DNA from: Salmonella phage PMBT18
Sequence record: PP926505.1
Direction: 5' to 3' (one strand)
DNA length: 32,000 bases
How positions within the stretch are numbered: position 1 is the first letter of the stretch; each line of letters begins with the position of its first letter. Positions 9,639 through 18,981 of this stretch are shown in pieces. The notes under the pieces are model-generated. The model was given only the letters and a program-made list of their open reading frames with translations, searched no databases and was not told the DNA's origin. A program made the position numbers and the translations under genes.

Positions 9639-9838
9639 TTTGGTTCCTTGAATATTTTGTAACCAGCAGCGCCGATAGACATCACCGCGCCAATACAGTA
9701 CATCACAGCCACGTTCAACTTCTCTGAGGTTGTTAAGTCCAGAGGAGTGAAATGATAGGCCAAGGCAGCGCATATTGAAACGGCTGCCATAATCAGGCCG
9801 ATGAACAACAGATAATTAGACAACCGTTTCATGTTCAC
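9635..9838 (-). CDS. Small membrane protein, two predicted TM helices
   Basis: 67 aa, hydrophobic segments LFIGLIMAAVSICAALAYHF and VAVMYCIGAVMSIGAAGY. Confidence 0.65.
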   Translation of the reverse strand: MNMKRLSNYLLFIGLIMAAVSICAALAYHFTPLDLTTSEKLNVAVMYCIGAVMSIGAAGYKIFKEPK

Positions 9839-11430
9839 CCCTTCTTCATCAGGTCAAGGAGAGAGCGCGACGCTGCCTTCGGTGCTTCTGGCTGGGCACT
9901 CGCCTTGGTTTTAGTTTTGGATGCCTTCTGGGGCTTCTCGGGCACTCTATGCGCCAAAGGGTTGCTACCCTTAATCTTGCGCAGCATGGGCGTGGTATCA
10001 CAATATTTTTGAAATTCTTCTTTAGACAACCCCAATCCAACAAAATCTATAATAAAACTACCGACAAAGTGGAGAGGGGCATCAAAGAATTTCAGTATAT
10101 TCCACCCAACTGCCTTCACACCATTGTTGTTTGCCGCTGGTGAGATAAACAATTCGTTCTGGGAGTCTGGTTCAAGTTCGTATCCAATGGAAGCGTACTC
10201 ACTCATGATCTTGACATGATCCTTGGTGTATTGATCGTTTCGCCCCCAGCCAGTGTCCTTCGCCGCCTTACCAGAACGACCGATGATACGCTTGTCGTAA
10301 TCTTCCCGTGCCTGATAGATGAAGGAGATGAATGCCATGTTGTTGAATCCCAAGTCCTGGTGGACGAACTCAGGACGCCACCGATGGCTCTGCATCATAG
10401 GTTCCCCTTCCAAGATGATAGTTGCATCTTTGAACTTTAATTTGAGATACTTCACCAATGAATTGGCCATCTCAGAAGTCTTGAGGGTGGAATGGATGAA
10501 GTCCATGGAAGTCCAAGAAGCCAGATCTGATTTGTTGGACACTGTATACTTCCCGATGAATACCAGATTGATTTCCTTGAACCAAAACCCGACCTGGATC
10601 ATCTTCTTGTCGAATTCGTATTCTATAAGTTCTGGCTCATATTTGGTTCTCAACCACTCAAGGAATTGAACGACGCGAGTCCCCTTTCCCGTTCCGCTTG
10701 TCCCACGGATGACGACAATACCCGGCGTCACACTAGAATTTATCATAGTCATAAAACGTTTGTCCTCTTTAGGAATCCAACCATCTTTAAACATGGCGAC
10801 CATATTACGAAAGACGCTCTCGTCACCCTTTAGAATACGATACTCTGTGTCCAGTAGTTTAGAATACCACAATCCGATAGATTTGTAACCACACCCTCGT
10901 TTTGGCATACCGGTAGGATTCACAGTACCACCGTTGTTCACCCATCTATTATAGATCCTACGGGCGTCCTTCCAAATCCACCAATAACCATTTGAAACCA
11001 TGAATGGATAGGAAGAATTATCCCTGTTCTCCTTTATTGATTTTGATACACGCTTCCGGAATTCTGGGTCATCCCAAGGATTTATACCAGATTTGTATTT
11101 CTTGCCAGTCCTGGCCAACGCTGCCTTGAATTGGTTTGGTATGATAGAATTGTCTCCACCCAATTTCAGGTTCAGGCATAACGGGTCCGACAGCAACTCA
11201 TCCGTAACAATAATAGACTCCAGGTCGGATGCTTCCAACCTGGTTTCAAACTTTTCTATTACCGTCTTTGAAAATTCAGAAGCGGGATGGGATTCCAACA
11301 ACCTTTTGATTACCACACCAGAACCCATATAGGGGTCTTGTTCAGGAGTACATGAACAAGACCGAATCCCGACGTAGAATCTACCTGTTGGGACATGAGT
11401 TATCCTATAGGTGTAATGGTAACGAATCAC
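9835..11430 (-). CDS. Fusion protein: N-terminal GIY-YIG nuclease domain plus C-terminal P-loop kinase domain (5-hmU DNA kinase-like)
   Basis: Residues 1-95 YTYRITHVPTGRFYVGIRS...DPYMGSGVVIKRLL...FETRLEASDLESIIVTDELL...CLNLKLGG (GIY-YIG). Later GIVVIRGTSGTGKGTRVVQFLEWL (Walker A) and ATIILEGEPMM. Confidence 0.6.
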   Translation of the reverse strand: MIRYHYTYRITHVPTGRFYVGIRSCSCTPEQDPYMGSGVVIKRLLESHPASEFSKTVIEKFETRLEASDLESIIVTDELLSDPLCLNLKLGGDNSIIPNQFKAALARTGKKYKSGINPWDDPEFRKRVSKSIKENRDNSSYPFMVSNGYWWIWKDARRIYNRWVNNGGTVNPTGMPKRGCGYKSIGLWYSKLLDTEYRILKGDESVFRNMVAMFKDGWIPKEDKRFMTMINSSVTPGIVVIRGTSGTGKGTRVVQFLEWLRTKYEPELIEYEFDKKMIQVGFWFKEINLVFIGKYTVSNKSDLASWTSMDFIHSTLKTSEMANSLVKYLKLKFKDATIILEGEPMMQSHRWRPEFVHQDLGFNNMAFISFIYQAREDYDKRIIGRSGKAAKDTGWGRNDQYTKDHVKIMSEYASIGYELEPDSQNELFISPAANNNGVKAVGWNILKFFDAPLHFVGSFIIDFVGLGLSKEEFQKYCDTTPMLRKIKGSNPLAHRVPEKPQKASKTKTKASAQPEAPKAASRSLLDLMKKG

Positions 11431-11768
11431 ACAGCATCCTCAATACGCCAGCTCACACCACCCATCCATGGTGCCCAGAACACAGCAACCTGCGGGCGGC
11501 CATTCTCTTCAAACTTCACTTTATACTGGTCTTCGAAGTTATAGAAAATTTCATCGTCATCTGGTACCATACCGTTTTCTATCAGAACACGCTTTAACTC
11601 CAGCGCCGCACCAACGGAAGTGGGTGTGGTTTGTTTACGAATGAAGTTGTTCACATGGATAATAACGCCATCCATATCGCTATCACCGGAACGCTTGTCT
11701 GGGGTTTCCCCAAACTTGGATTGTTCTTGCACGATGTCCTCCTCAATGGACGTATTGATAATGGCCAA
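11427..11768 (-). CDS. Hypothetical protein
   Basis: 113 aa, overlaps neighbours by a few bases. Confidence 0.7.
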   Translation of the reverse strand: MAIINTSIEEDIVQEQSKFGETPDKRSGDSDMDGVIIHVNNFIRKQTTPTSVGAALELKRVLIENGMVPDDDEIFYNFEDQYKVKFEENGRPQVAVFWAPWMGGVSWRIEDAV

Positions 11769-12525
11769 TCAGGCGGTTCACCACTTCGACAATATTGCGG
11801 TTCAGGAAGTCGAAGTGGTTCTGGCCTTCTACTGGTTTAATATAAAGCATATCTTCCGAGTTCGAAAGATCCAGTTTTTCATAATTTCCCTGAGGAACAA
11901 AGATGACAAAAATATTGTTCATCGCACAGGGTTCAACGTATTTCGGGTTATCATCAATTAAAACATCACCTGCCAAAAGATGCTTTTCGTCGGTGCTGAC
12001 AAACCCGTTGAAGATGCCAGGGAACTTGTCATAGACAAACTGGCGCTTGCTGCGCTCGTGTTCCGGCTCACACTTAGATACTGCGATCAATTCAACATTT
12101 TCAAAATCTTCGAGAAGGATCTTCTTCAGATTCACCAGGAACTCGTAAGCGCCTGGAAGCGGGTTCATCTTGGCATACAGGTCCGGCATGCGCCACCAAT
12201 CCATAGGATCACGTCCTGTAGGTGAATCCATCCATTGACCAGCAACAAACACACGGCGCGTTAACCATGCGGGGTGAGCGCGATCCCGCATGAGGATCGC
12301 CAAATCACCAGCATGATCCATATAGCACTCTTTGGTGATAGGCTGGAAATCATTGGGATAATCATGACAACCCATGTTTTCAGCAGCAGCTTTTGAATTG
12401 GAAATATTAAACCAATCCACCCAAGGGGAGAGGCTATCAACCAAAGTCAAGTCTACGTCTACCAGGATACGATACATTCCGCCGATTTTAGAATTGGCAT
12501 CATAAAGACCAACATGATTATTCAT
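11743..12525 (-). CDS. HAD-superfamily hydrolase, possible 5'(3')-deoxyribonucleotidase-like
   Basis: Motif I DVDLTLVDS; LIAVSKC and DVLIDDNPKY as later motifs; start MNNHVGL preceded by GGAGAAG. Confidence 0.7.
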   Translation of the reverse strand: MNNHVGLYDANSKIGGMYRILVDVDLTLVDSLSPWVDWFNISNSKAAAENMGCHDYPNDFQPITKECYMDHAGDLAILMRDRAHPAWLTRRVFVAGQWMDSPTGRDPMDWWRMPDLYAKMNPLPGAYEFLVNLKKILLEDFENVELIAVSKCEPEHERSKRQFVYDKFPGIFNGFVSTDEKHLLAGDVLIDDNPKYVEPCAMNNIFVIFVPQGNYEKLDLSNSEDMLYIKPVEGQNHFDFLNRNIVEVVNRLIGHYQYVH

Positions 12526-12880
12526 CAGACTTCTCCACTTGATCATAACCAGTTGCGGTGCATTGCTCTTCTGTGCAATCTGCATACAGAACCACAGAAG
12601 ATTCCTTCACGTAAGTGGTGCAGTGATAGGTCTCATCTTCTTGGACAGAATCATCATAATTGCAAACAGTCTGCAACGGACCAGGAGTGGTGTTATCCAA
12701 CGCAGCATGCGCCTTGATGGTGTCTTCCATCTTTGATACTGCTTGTTGATTGGTGAACGTCGGCGCGTCAAGGTCAACCGAATCCAGAAGAGTTGCGCAT
12801 GCTGACAATGAAAAAGCCATGGTCGTCACAGCGAACACCTGCATGATTTTGTGAAAAAGAACATCTTTTTTAAGTTTCAT
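12518..12880 (-). CDS. Putative lipoprotein
   Basis: MKLKKDVLFHKIMQVFAVTTMAFSLSAC: signal peptide with lipobox LSAC. Confidence 0.7.
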   Translation of the reverse strand: MKLKKDVLFHKIMQVFAVTTMAFSLSACATLLDSVDLDAPTFTNQQAVSKMEDTIKAHAALDNTTPGPLQTVCNYDDSVQEDETYHCTTYVKESSVVLYADCTEEQCTATGYDQVEKSDE

Positions 12881-12914
12881 AACAATACCTGTTGTCAAAG
12901 GGATAACAGGGGGA

Positions 12915-12940
12915 ATTATATCCCCCTTTGGTTTATTGAA
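12915..12940 (-). promoter_or_regulatory. TTCAAT-N14-TATAAT promoter-like element; -10 is exactly the hairpin loop
   Basis: TTCAAT 12940-12935; GGGGGA-TATAAT-TCCCCC at 12926-12909. Confidence 0.7.
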
Positions 12941-15937
12941 TCAACCTTTCTTGCCCATCATGGACAACAGATTAACTCGACGTTTATGAGACCAACCAAC
13001 CACATCCAAGATAGACTGAATTGGCTCTATGAAGGTCTTTTCAAACGTAGTGTGGTAATCCACCCATTTATCCAATCCCAATTCTGGAGGAAGGAAGTCA
13101 GGGAAGGCTATGCGATCATTCCCCACAGGATTGCCAGGTTTCAGGTTGATGATTTTAACCTTATCACCGGATTCAATAGGCGGAAGACCGAGATCTTCGT
13201 GCTTATCGATCAGCTTGTTGTACATAATACAAGCCTTGGCAGCAAAGTGCGTACCGCTGATATAATTCCCGTTCGCGTCTAACCACTTCTCAATATCGCT
13301 CACACCAGATGCCTGAGCGATATCATCCACGGTGAGTTCCATATATTCCTTTTTGTATCCAGCGATTAATTCCTGAACCTCCGCCTCAGTACCGAGCAGG
13401 ACTTTCTCATAACATTTGACAAGACGCTCACGACACCATTCCGGCGTTGTAGATTTACGCGCTTCCAGACCTTTGAATTTGATCTTTGGCTTCTCATACT
13501 TGATGCCTTCGCTATCGTATACTGCCATGCAATACATCTTCTTGGCTCGCCATACAGCAGACGATGCGATGACTTCACGTTCCCAGACCATGCGCTGCTC
13601 AAACCCGTTCATGGTATTACACAACAACTGCGCCCATTCACTGGTTTTTGGCTGGTAATTCTCTTTGATCCATTGGTCAATGTTATCAACGAGTTTGTGA
13701 TGGTCCTTTTCTTCAGGCCATAATTGCTTGACCAGGCGTTCGATGCAAATGTAGTTGGAGTCAGTATCACCCGCGATAACAAAATCCTGACCAGTGGTGC
13801 CACAGAGTTTGTTGAGGTAATCGTCGGTGTGTCGTTTATTCCATTTGTTGATCAGCTGGCCGGAAGTGGTAATTGCTTCAGCGATGTTGATGTTGAAGTA
13901 TTCTTTAAACCAGACGTTAGAAATTGCACCATATCCTGCGTTCATCAAGATCTTCAGACCTTGTTGTAACGTATCTTGGGCAACTCCCAAATCTTCCCAC
14001 TTGTGCATGACTTCAGTCAGGTGATCAAGGTCGATATGCTTGTGTTCTTCATACCATTCAGGATCGTAGAAACGAGACTTCATGGCGGATTCAAGGTGGA
14101 AATCACCTTTAGACATTTCCTTACACCAACCAGCCCATTGCTCATACTTCAGGCCAGTTGCTTTCTCTCCTTTACGGTCAGCGTATATGCCTCGCATAAT
14201 TTCGGAAAGGAAGGACATCTTCTCATTACTGAAGAACTGAACGTTCGGGGTAAAAGAAACGTTATATCGACGTAATGTTTCAAAATGGAATTCACCCAGC
14301 GCGACCAATTCATCAACAACTTGTATGCGTTCATCAATAGCACGCTGCAGCTTGTCGTGAAGATTTTTGAGATGACGGCGCTTGTTCATAGGCGTTGTCA
14401 TATCATTCATCGCTTTGGTCAATTCTTCACACATGGACTCAATGATATCGCGACGTGTGTGCTTGTCAGAAACGATAGTCTCAGGACCAAGGTTGTATTG
14501 CTGTATGATGTGGGGATACAGGGAGTTTAAGTCCTCAGAGAATACCCAGAAATATATCCCTGGTGCAACCTCCATGACATATGCGCCTTCAAAGTCCGTT
14601 GGACCATCATATACACGCTGTATTTTAGGGACAATCCCCTTTTCATAAAGACGATAGTAACACATCGCCAGCCATGGTGCTACAGTCCCAAGACCGTCTT
14701 CATAGTTAGATTTGGTGCGATACGCCAATACGAACATCAGCTGTATCAAACGCAGCTTTTGTTCTAAACGCCACACGAGTTTGACGTCTTTGATACCATA
14801 TCGGGTGTGTTTGCAATAATCATTAAAATATAGATCATACAATGACTTGCTTTCACTATAATCCAACTTCTTCTCACCGAGTTCACAATAAGCGATCCAA
14901 TCCAGTGAGTATTTTTCGCGGGTTGTGTACGTGTGTTTCTTGTAAACTTGCATGTAGTCCATCATAGGACAACCCACGAATTGATAAGAAGTCACGTCGC
15001 CTTTACGGTCTTTGATGAAACGTTTCTTGAGTTTGCCCCAAGGACTGAGGCGCTCTGCCTGGGTTTCGCCGAGAACCTGCGTAATACGTTCAACCAAGTA
15101 CGGGCTATCAAACGTTTCGATGTTCCAGCCAGTCCAACCATCAAATTGACGTTCAGACCAATAATCTAAGAAGGCGCGAAGAAGTTCTTGTTCAGTCGTG
15201 TATTCTTTGTATTCAACCTCAAGACCACCTATCTCTTCATCATTTGGATCATATTTGAATTTATGGCGATCCTTAGAACACGGCATACCCCAGACATAGA
15301 ACTTGTTGGTGTTCATGTCTTGAAGCTGGATGAGCGTAATAGGGAAGGCGGCATTCATGTTCTGTGTGATCTTACCATTACTATCAATGATAGGGAACTG
15401 GTCAGTCACGTTGTTGGAAATAAAGGAACCTGGGAAATGTTCTCGAACGAAATCATGGTTGGCCAACACTTGCTTATGGAATCGGCGAACACGCGCCTCG
15501 CTCCCCTTAAACGTGTGGGATTCAATCGTCGCGTGAGGAAATGGACCTTTAGTCATTTCTCCATCGCGCCACCCAGCCGAGAAAACTTCGATATCTACGT
15601 TGGCGATGTGAATATTTGAGTAATCGGGGGTAATCATCCCAGGAAAACTATGCGCTATGAATTGATATGCATAATCCGTTTGTCCGTAAACGGCAGCGCC
15701 TTCGACCTCCTTATATTCCTCCAGATAGTTGTCGGCGTCACGCATTGACGCAAATTTTTTAGACACCAACGGTTCATTGAGGAGGCCAATCTTTTCAACT
15801 TTGGAATAATCGGCTGTGGGTAAATACAAGGTGGGTTCGAATTTCTTACGCAACATACGGCGATTGCCGTTGTCGTCTGCAATACGAATCAGAAGGTCGT
15901 TACCCTGTCGGGCAACGTTCGTATAGAAAACAGTCAT
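12941..15937 (-). CDS. 43: Family B DNA polymerase, T4 gp43-like
   Basis: 998 aa from MTVFYTN; exonuclease motifs NVDIEVFS, GWNIETFDSPYL, YGIKDVKLVW; polymerase motifs EDLNSLYPHII, LMNAGYGAISN, AGDTDSNYI. Confidence 0.92.
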   Translation of the reverse strand: MTVFYTNVARQGNDLLIRIADDNGNRRMLRKKFEPTLYLPTADYSKVEKIGLLNEPLVSKKFASMRDADNYLEEYKEVEGAAVYGQTDYAYQFIAHSFPGMITPDYSNIHIANVDIEVFSAGWRDGEMTKGPFPHATIESHTFKGSEARVRRFHKQVLANHDFVREHFPGSFISNNVTDQFPIIDSNGKITQNMNAAFPITLIQLQDMNTNKFYVWGMPCSKDRHKFKYDPNDEEIGGLEVEYKEYTTEQELLRAFLDYWSERQFDGWTGWNIETFDSPYLVERITQVLGETQAERLSPWGKLKKRFIKDRKGDVTSYQFVGCPMMDYMQVYKKHTYTTREKYSLDWIAYCELGEKKLDYSESKSLYDLYFNDYCKHTRYGIKDVKLVWRLEQKLRLIQLMFVLAYRTKSNYEDGLGTVAPWLAMCYYRLYEKGIVPKIQRVYDGPTDFEGAYVMEVAPGIYFWVFSEDLNSLYPHIIQQYNLGPETIVSDKHTRRDIIESMCEELTKAMNDMTTPMNKRRHLKNLHDKLQRAIDERIQVVDELVALGEFHFETLRRYNVSFTPNVQFFSNEKMSFLSEIMRGIYADRKGEKATGLKYEQWAGWCKEMSKGDFHLESAMKSRFYDPEWYEEHKHIDLDHLTEVMHKWEDLGVAQDTLQQGLKILMNAGYGAISNVWFKEYFNINIAEAITTSGQLINKWNKRHTDDYLNKLCGTTGQDFVIAGDTDSNYICIERLVKQLWPEEKDHHKLVDNIDQWIKENYQPKTSEWAQLLCNTMNGFEQRMVWEREVIASSAVWRAKKMYCMAVYDSEGIKYEKPKIKFKGLEARKSTTPEWCRERLVKCYEKVLLGTEAEVQELIAGYKKEYMELTVDDIAQASGVSDIEKWLDANGNYISGTHFAAKACIMYNKLIDKHEDLGLPPIESGDKVKIINLKPGNPVGNDRIAFPDFLPPELGLDKWVDYHTTFEKTFIEPIQSILDVVGWSHKRRVNLLSMMGKKG

Positions 15938-16016
15938 TGTTTGTCTCCGGTTAACCGTGCCGTTAGCACGTCCCCGTAATTTAGCCGAGGAACGTTCAAT
16001 GACCAAGGAGTTTATT

Positions 16017-16589
16017 ATGGCAATCCCCTTTGTGAGTATTATCCCAGGGGCGCTAAAGCAACTCTGGAACCTCGGGACTGATTTGATCCAATACAAGCGG
16101 GAAGTTGTTCAGGCAAAACACGATGTCAAGCTAGAGGCTATCAAGTCCTCCTCAGATTGGGAGCTGTCTAAGATCACCGAAGTCGGCGGGTCTTGGAAAG
16201 ACGAATTCTGGACTATCGTGTTGGCCGTACCCGCTATCCTCGTCATGACTGCTCCGGTTGTGGAACTAATTCTGTTCCCTGATGAGTATCATAAAGGGGA
16301 TTTCATCAAAGCAGTAATCGGCGGCCTCCAGGCGCTCGATACCGCACCTGAATGGTATACCTATTCGTTATTGACAGCAATTAGTGCATCATTCGGTATC
16401 AAGGGGTATAACCATTACAAAAGCAACAGCCGGAAGGCGCAAGCTGTGGATGCTCTCAAGCAGTTTGGGGTCAAAGTGGTTAACAAAGATCCCACTGTTG
16501 TTACTCAGTCGGGTTCTCCCGATCTTGAGTCTGCTCCCCCAGCTGGGTCTACTGCGACCTCTGGTGCGTGGCCTGATCTGAAGAAATAA
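16017..16589 (+). CDS. Holin-like/3TM membrane protein (internal Met start, MAIPFVSI)
   Basis: Track ORF 15957-16589; internal start is preceded by AAGGAGTTTATT. DEFWTIVLAVPAILVMTAPVVELILF and further hydrophobic segments resemble 3TM phage holins. Confidence 0.6.
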   Translation: MAIPFVSIIPGALKQLWNLGTDLIQYKREVVQAKHDVKLEAIKSSSDWELSKITEVGGSWKDEFWTIVLAVPAILVMTAPVVELILFPDEYHKGDFIKAVIGGLQALDTAPEWYTYSLLTAISASFGIKGYNHYKSNSRKAQAVDALKQFGVKVVNKDPTVVTQSGSPDLESAPPAGSTATSGAWPDLKK

Positions 16590-16630
16590 GTTAGAGGGGA
16601 GGAAACTCCCCTTTCTTTTGGTGTTAAGGA

Positions 16631-16843
16631 ATGAAAGTGGTAAACAAGAGATTGCTCGTCACCCAAGGCGGGGCGACGATAGTAAGAGGAAGGATTTACG
16701 AACAGATTCAGCTGGGTGATCATAAGACACGCCTGACTGTCAAGGCACCGGACGGTGGATGGCCCACAAAGGTGGTTGTCCCCGACGGCCTCATAGAACG
16801 AGGGACAGCAGTGTACAAAGGAGCAGAGTTCAAAATTTATTAA
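16631..16843 (+). CDS. Hypothetical protein
   Basis: 70 aa, GGAATG upstream of the start. Confidence 0.6.
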   Translation: MKVVNKRLLVTQGGATIVRGRIYEQIQLGDHKTRLTVKAPDGGWPTKVVVPDGLIERGTAVYKGAEFKIY

Positions 16844-16869
16844 AATATTTATTGAATAAAGTTTACTTC

Positions 16870-16895
16870 TTCAATAACTGGCGTATACTTCTAAT
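16870..16895 (+). promoter_or_regulatory. TTCAAT-N14-TCTAAT promoter-like element
   Basis: TTCAAT 16870-16875, TCTAAT 16890-16895; weak TACT/AGTA arms flank the -10. Confidence 0.5.
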
Positions 16896-16938
16896 TGTAG
16901 TACGAACAAACAACAATTTGAAGAGAAGGAAATACATC

Positions 16939-17496
16939 ATGGCAATCGAAATTATCGCTCAATCCAAATCCGGCAAAACTGTATTATTCGGCACCGAAGA
17001 AGGCCGTGTAATCACCACTTTGGGCACAGTTGACGGCAGCAACCCCGTAAAAGGCGGTCGCTTCCTGGTTGAGTACGGTTCTCGTGTCGTGATGGTAAGT
17101 AAAATTGATGGGCGTGATATCACCGCTCCTCGTCAAGAATTCTTTGATTCACGTTCCGCCGCCATGCAATTCTTTCTCTTCCAGAAACGTCATGAACTCT
17201 TTGTTGAAGCGAAAGACGCAGGTCTAAACGACGCGACTGCCGAACTGATAGCTGAGGGTAAACTGACTCTTGAGACTGCTCTGGGAGACATGGATTGCGA
17301 AGCTGAAGCCCATTATATCGAATATTCCGCATATCAGAACGAATGTGAAGACGATCCGGAAGATGATGGATTTGACCCAGACCTACACGGTGGCGAGGAT
17401 GACAATACTCCTTCTCTGGAAGTTATCATGGCAGGTGGTCAGGCCGCTTGGGAATGGCAGAATGAAAAGAACGCATGGTTGGATTCCCGTATCTAA
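16939..17496 (+). CDS. Acidic hypothetical protein
   Basis: Start MAIEIIAQ preceded by AAGAGAAGGAAATACATC. Confidence 0.75.
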   Translation: MAIEIIAQSKSGKTVLFGTEEGRVITTLGTVDGSNPVKGGRFLVEYGSRVVMVSKIDGRDITAPRQEFFDSRSAAMQFFLFQKRHELFVEAKDAGLNDATAELIAEGKLTLETALGDMDCEAEAHYIEYSAYQNECEDDPEDDGFDPDLHGGEDDNTPSLEVIMAGGQAAWEWQNEKNAWLDSRI

Positions 17497-17503
17497 AAGA
17501 CTG

Positions 17504-17521
17504 AAGCCCCTTCGGGGGCTT
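17504..17521 (+). terminator. Terminator-like hairpin
   Basis: AAGCCCC-TTCG-GGGGCTT. Confidence 0.6.
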
Positions 17522-17544
17522 ACTTTGAACTGAAGGACTATATC

Positions 17545-18087
17545 ATGAATATACCAAAAACTCCTGTCCGTATTGCCGTCGAGCCTCTGCTGGTTGATGC
17601 TGAGAATGCTGCTGAGCAGTACGCGAACAAAGTCATCAAGAACATAATGGACGATCTGGCATCCAACGCCTGGGACGTCGAGAAGTGCGCTCCGTGGCCA
17701 TCTTCGGTTGGTGTCAAGTTTGGTGATCCAGATTACCAACGAATGAAATCAAAACATGCGCTCTACCGTTCTTTGACCCAGGCAGTGAATCCTTCTTACA
17801 TACCTGGGAAGCCGGATATTGTCAAAGCTGATCCTGAGCGCCATGCTCTGTTTGTCAAAGAAGCACGTCGAAACGCTGCGATGCAATATGAGTCTTTCAT
17901 TTGTAAACTAGAAGACAAAATTGGTGGGCACAGCGCGGCTGTGCTGAATGGTTCCCATATATGGGGTTATTCAATCCTAACCGTGACTACACCAGAGGGG
18001 ATCGAGCGCTGGAAGACTCAGACGATTATCAATGTGTCCAAGCTGGGCAAACTCTTTAACCAATATCCAACGAGGAAGGTGAAATGA
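17545..18087 (+). CDS. Hypothetical protein
   Basis: 180 aa; stop overlaps next start. Confidence 0.75.
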   Translation: MNIPKTPVRIAVEPLLVDAENAAEQYANKVIKNIMDDLASNAWDVEKCAPWPSSVGVKFGDPDYQRMKSKHALYRSLTQAVNPSYIPGKPDIVKADPERHALFVKEARRNAAMQYESFICKLEDKIGGHSAAVLNGSHIWGYSILTVTTPEGIERWKTQTIINVSKLGKLFNQYPTRKVK

Positions 18088-18458
18088 TGAAAAACTTCGC
18101 ACAAGAATTACAGACTACGATTGACCAGGCTCAGATTTGGGAAGCCATGGGGATAGTTGAAAAAGCCGTTGATATCTTTGTTTGCAAAATGAAGAAGCAA
18201 CTCGTTTCCCAAGCAAATCGCGGAGTTGAAATTGATGACATGGTGTACGCTGTTGGTGGCAACAGGTTTGACGAAATATTAACAGCATTTCAACAGGCAT
18301 ATAAGTCTCAAAAATACCCAACAGACAAGCAAGTTGAAAAGTTCAAAACATTGTTGGCGGCGAGTCTTCTGAAGGAAGGTTTGAAGTTCGAATTACACAA
18401 GGATGAAAGAACAGATGTCGTAACAATGAGATTCACAGTACACACAAACGATATCTAA
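18084..18458 (+). CDS. Hypothetical protein
   Basis: 124 aa; coupled to the previous ORF. Confidence 0.75.
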   Translation: MMKNFAQELQTTIDQAQIWEAMGIVEKAVDIFVCKMKKQLVSQANRGVEIDDMVYAVGGNRFDEILTAFQQAYKSQKYPTDKQVEKFKTLLAASLLKEGLKFELHKDERTDVVTMRFTVHTNDI

Positions 18459-18486
18459 AACAAAGGGGCATTAAGCCCCTTTGTTT
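18458..18486. terminator. Bidirectional intrinsic terminator
   Basis: AAACAAAGGGGC-ATTAA-GCCCCTTTGTTT, 12 bp perfect stem between convergent genes. Confidence 0.8.
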
Positions 18487-18943
18487 ATTTCCCGTCCCAG
18501 AAATCGTCATCATCGTCTACGTTGTCAAACGCAGAATCCAATTCTTCGTCAGAGTACTCTGGAAGACGACCATTCTGTTTCAGATATTCAATTTCGTCAT
18601 CTTCCAATTGAAGATCCGTGGCTATAAACAGCGCCCCTGTTTCTTCATCGTGCTCAATACTGTAAGATGTATATTCAGCACCCTGGACTGTAATGATGAT
18701 AGACGTCGGGTCTTCTGGGTCCACATGGGCTTCAAACGGGATACCGTCAATCGGGGCGTCCTCTAAAAATGTAGCAAGAGCTACGGCGGCGCGGACGACG
18801 TCTGTCCCTTGTACGGAAGCATAAATCTCTTCAGCGCCTGTTTCCCCGCGCTCAAAGAATTCAATCGTAGTCCCGTCTTGAACACCAGTCCAGATAGGCA
18901 TATCTGCTGGGGAATCAGATTCAAATAATTTCGAAATTGGCAT
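18485..18943 (-). CDS. Highly acidic hypothetical protein
   Basis: 152 aa, Asp/Glu-rich C-terminus DNVDDDDDFWDGK. Confidence 0.75.
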   Translation of the reverse strand: MPISKLFESDSPADMPIWTGVQDGTTIEFFERGETGAEEIYASVQGTDVVRAAVALATFLEDAPIDGIPFEAHVDPEDPTSIIITVQGAEYTSYSIEHDEETGALFIATDLQLEDDEIEYLKQNGRLPEYSDEELDSAFDNVDDDDDFWDGK

Positions 18944-18973
18944 GGCAATGTCCTCTTGAATAAAACGCTTTGG

Positions 18974-18981
18974 ACTATTTA
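18974..18981 (-). promoter_or_regulatory. Late-promoter-like CTAAATAG
   Basis: TAAATA core about 30 nt upstream of start at 18943. Confidence 0.45.

Noticed and set aside
16631-16843. CsrA-like regulator
   Set aside because: Size is similar, but the sequence lacks the CsrA N-terminal and core motifs.
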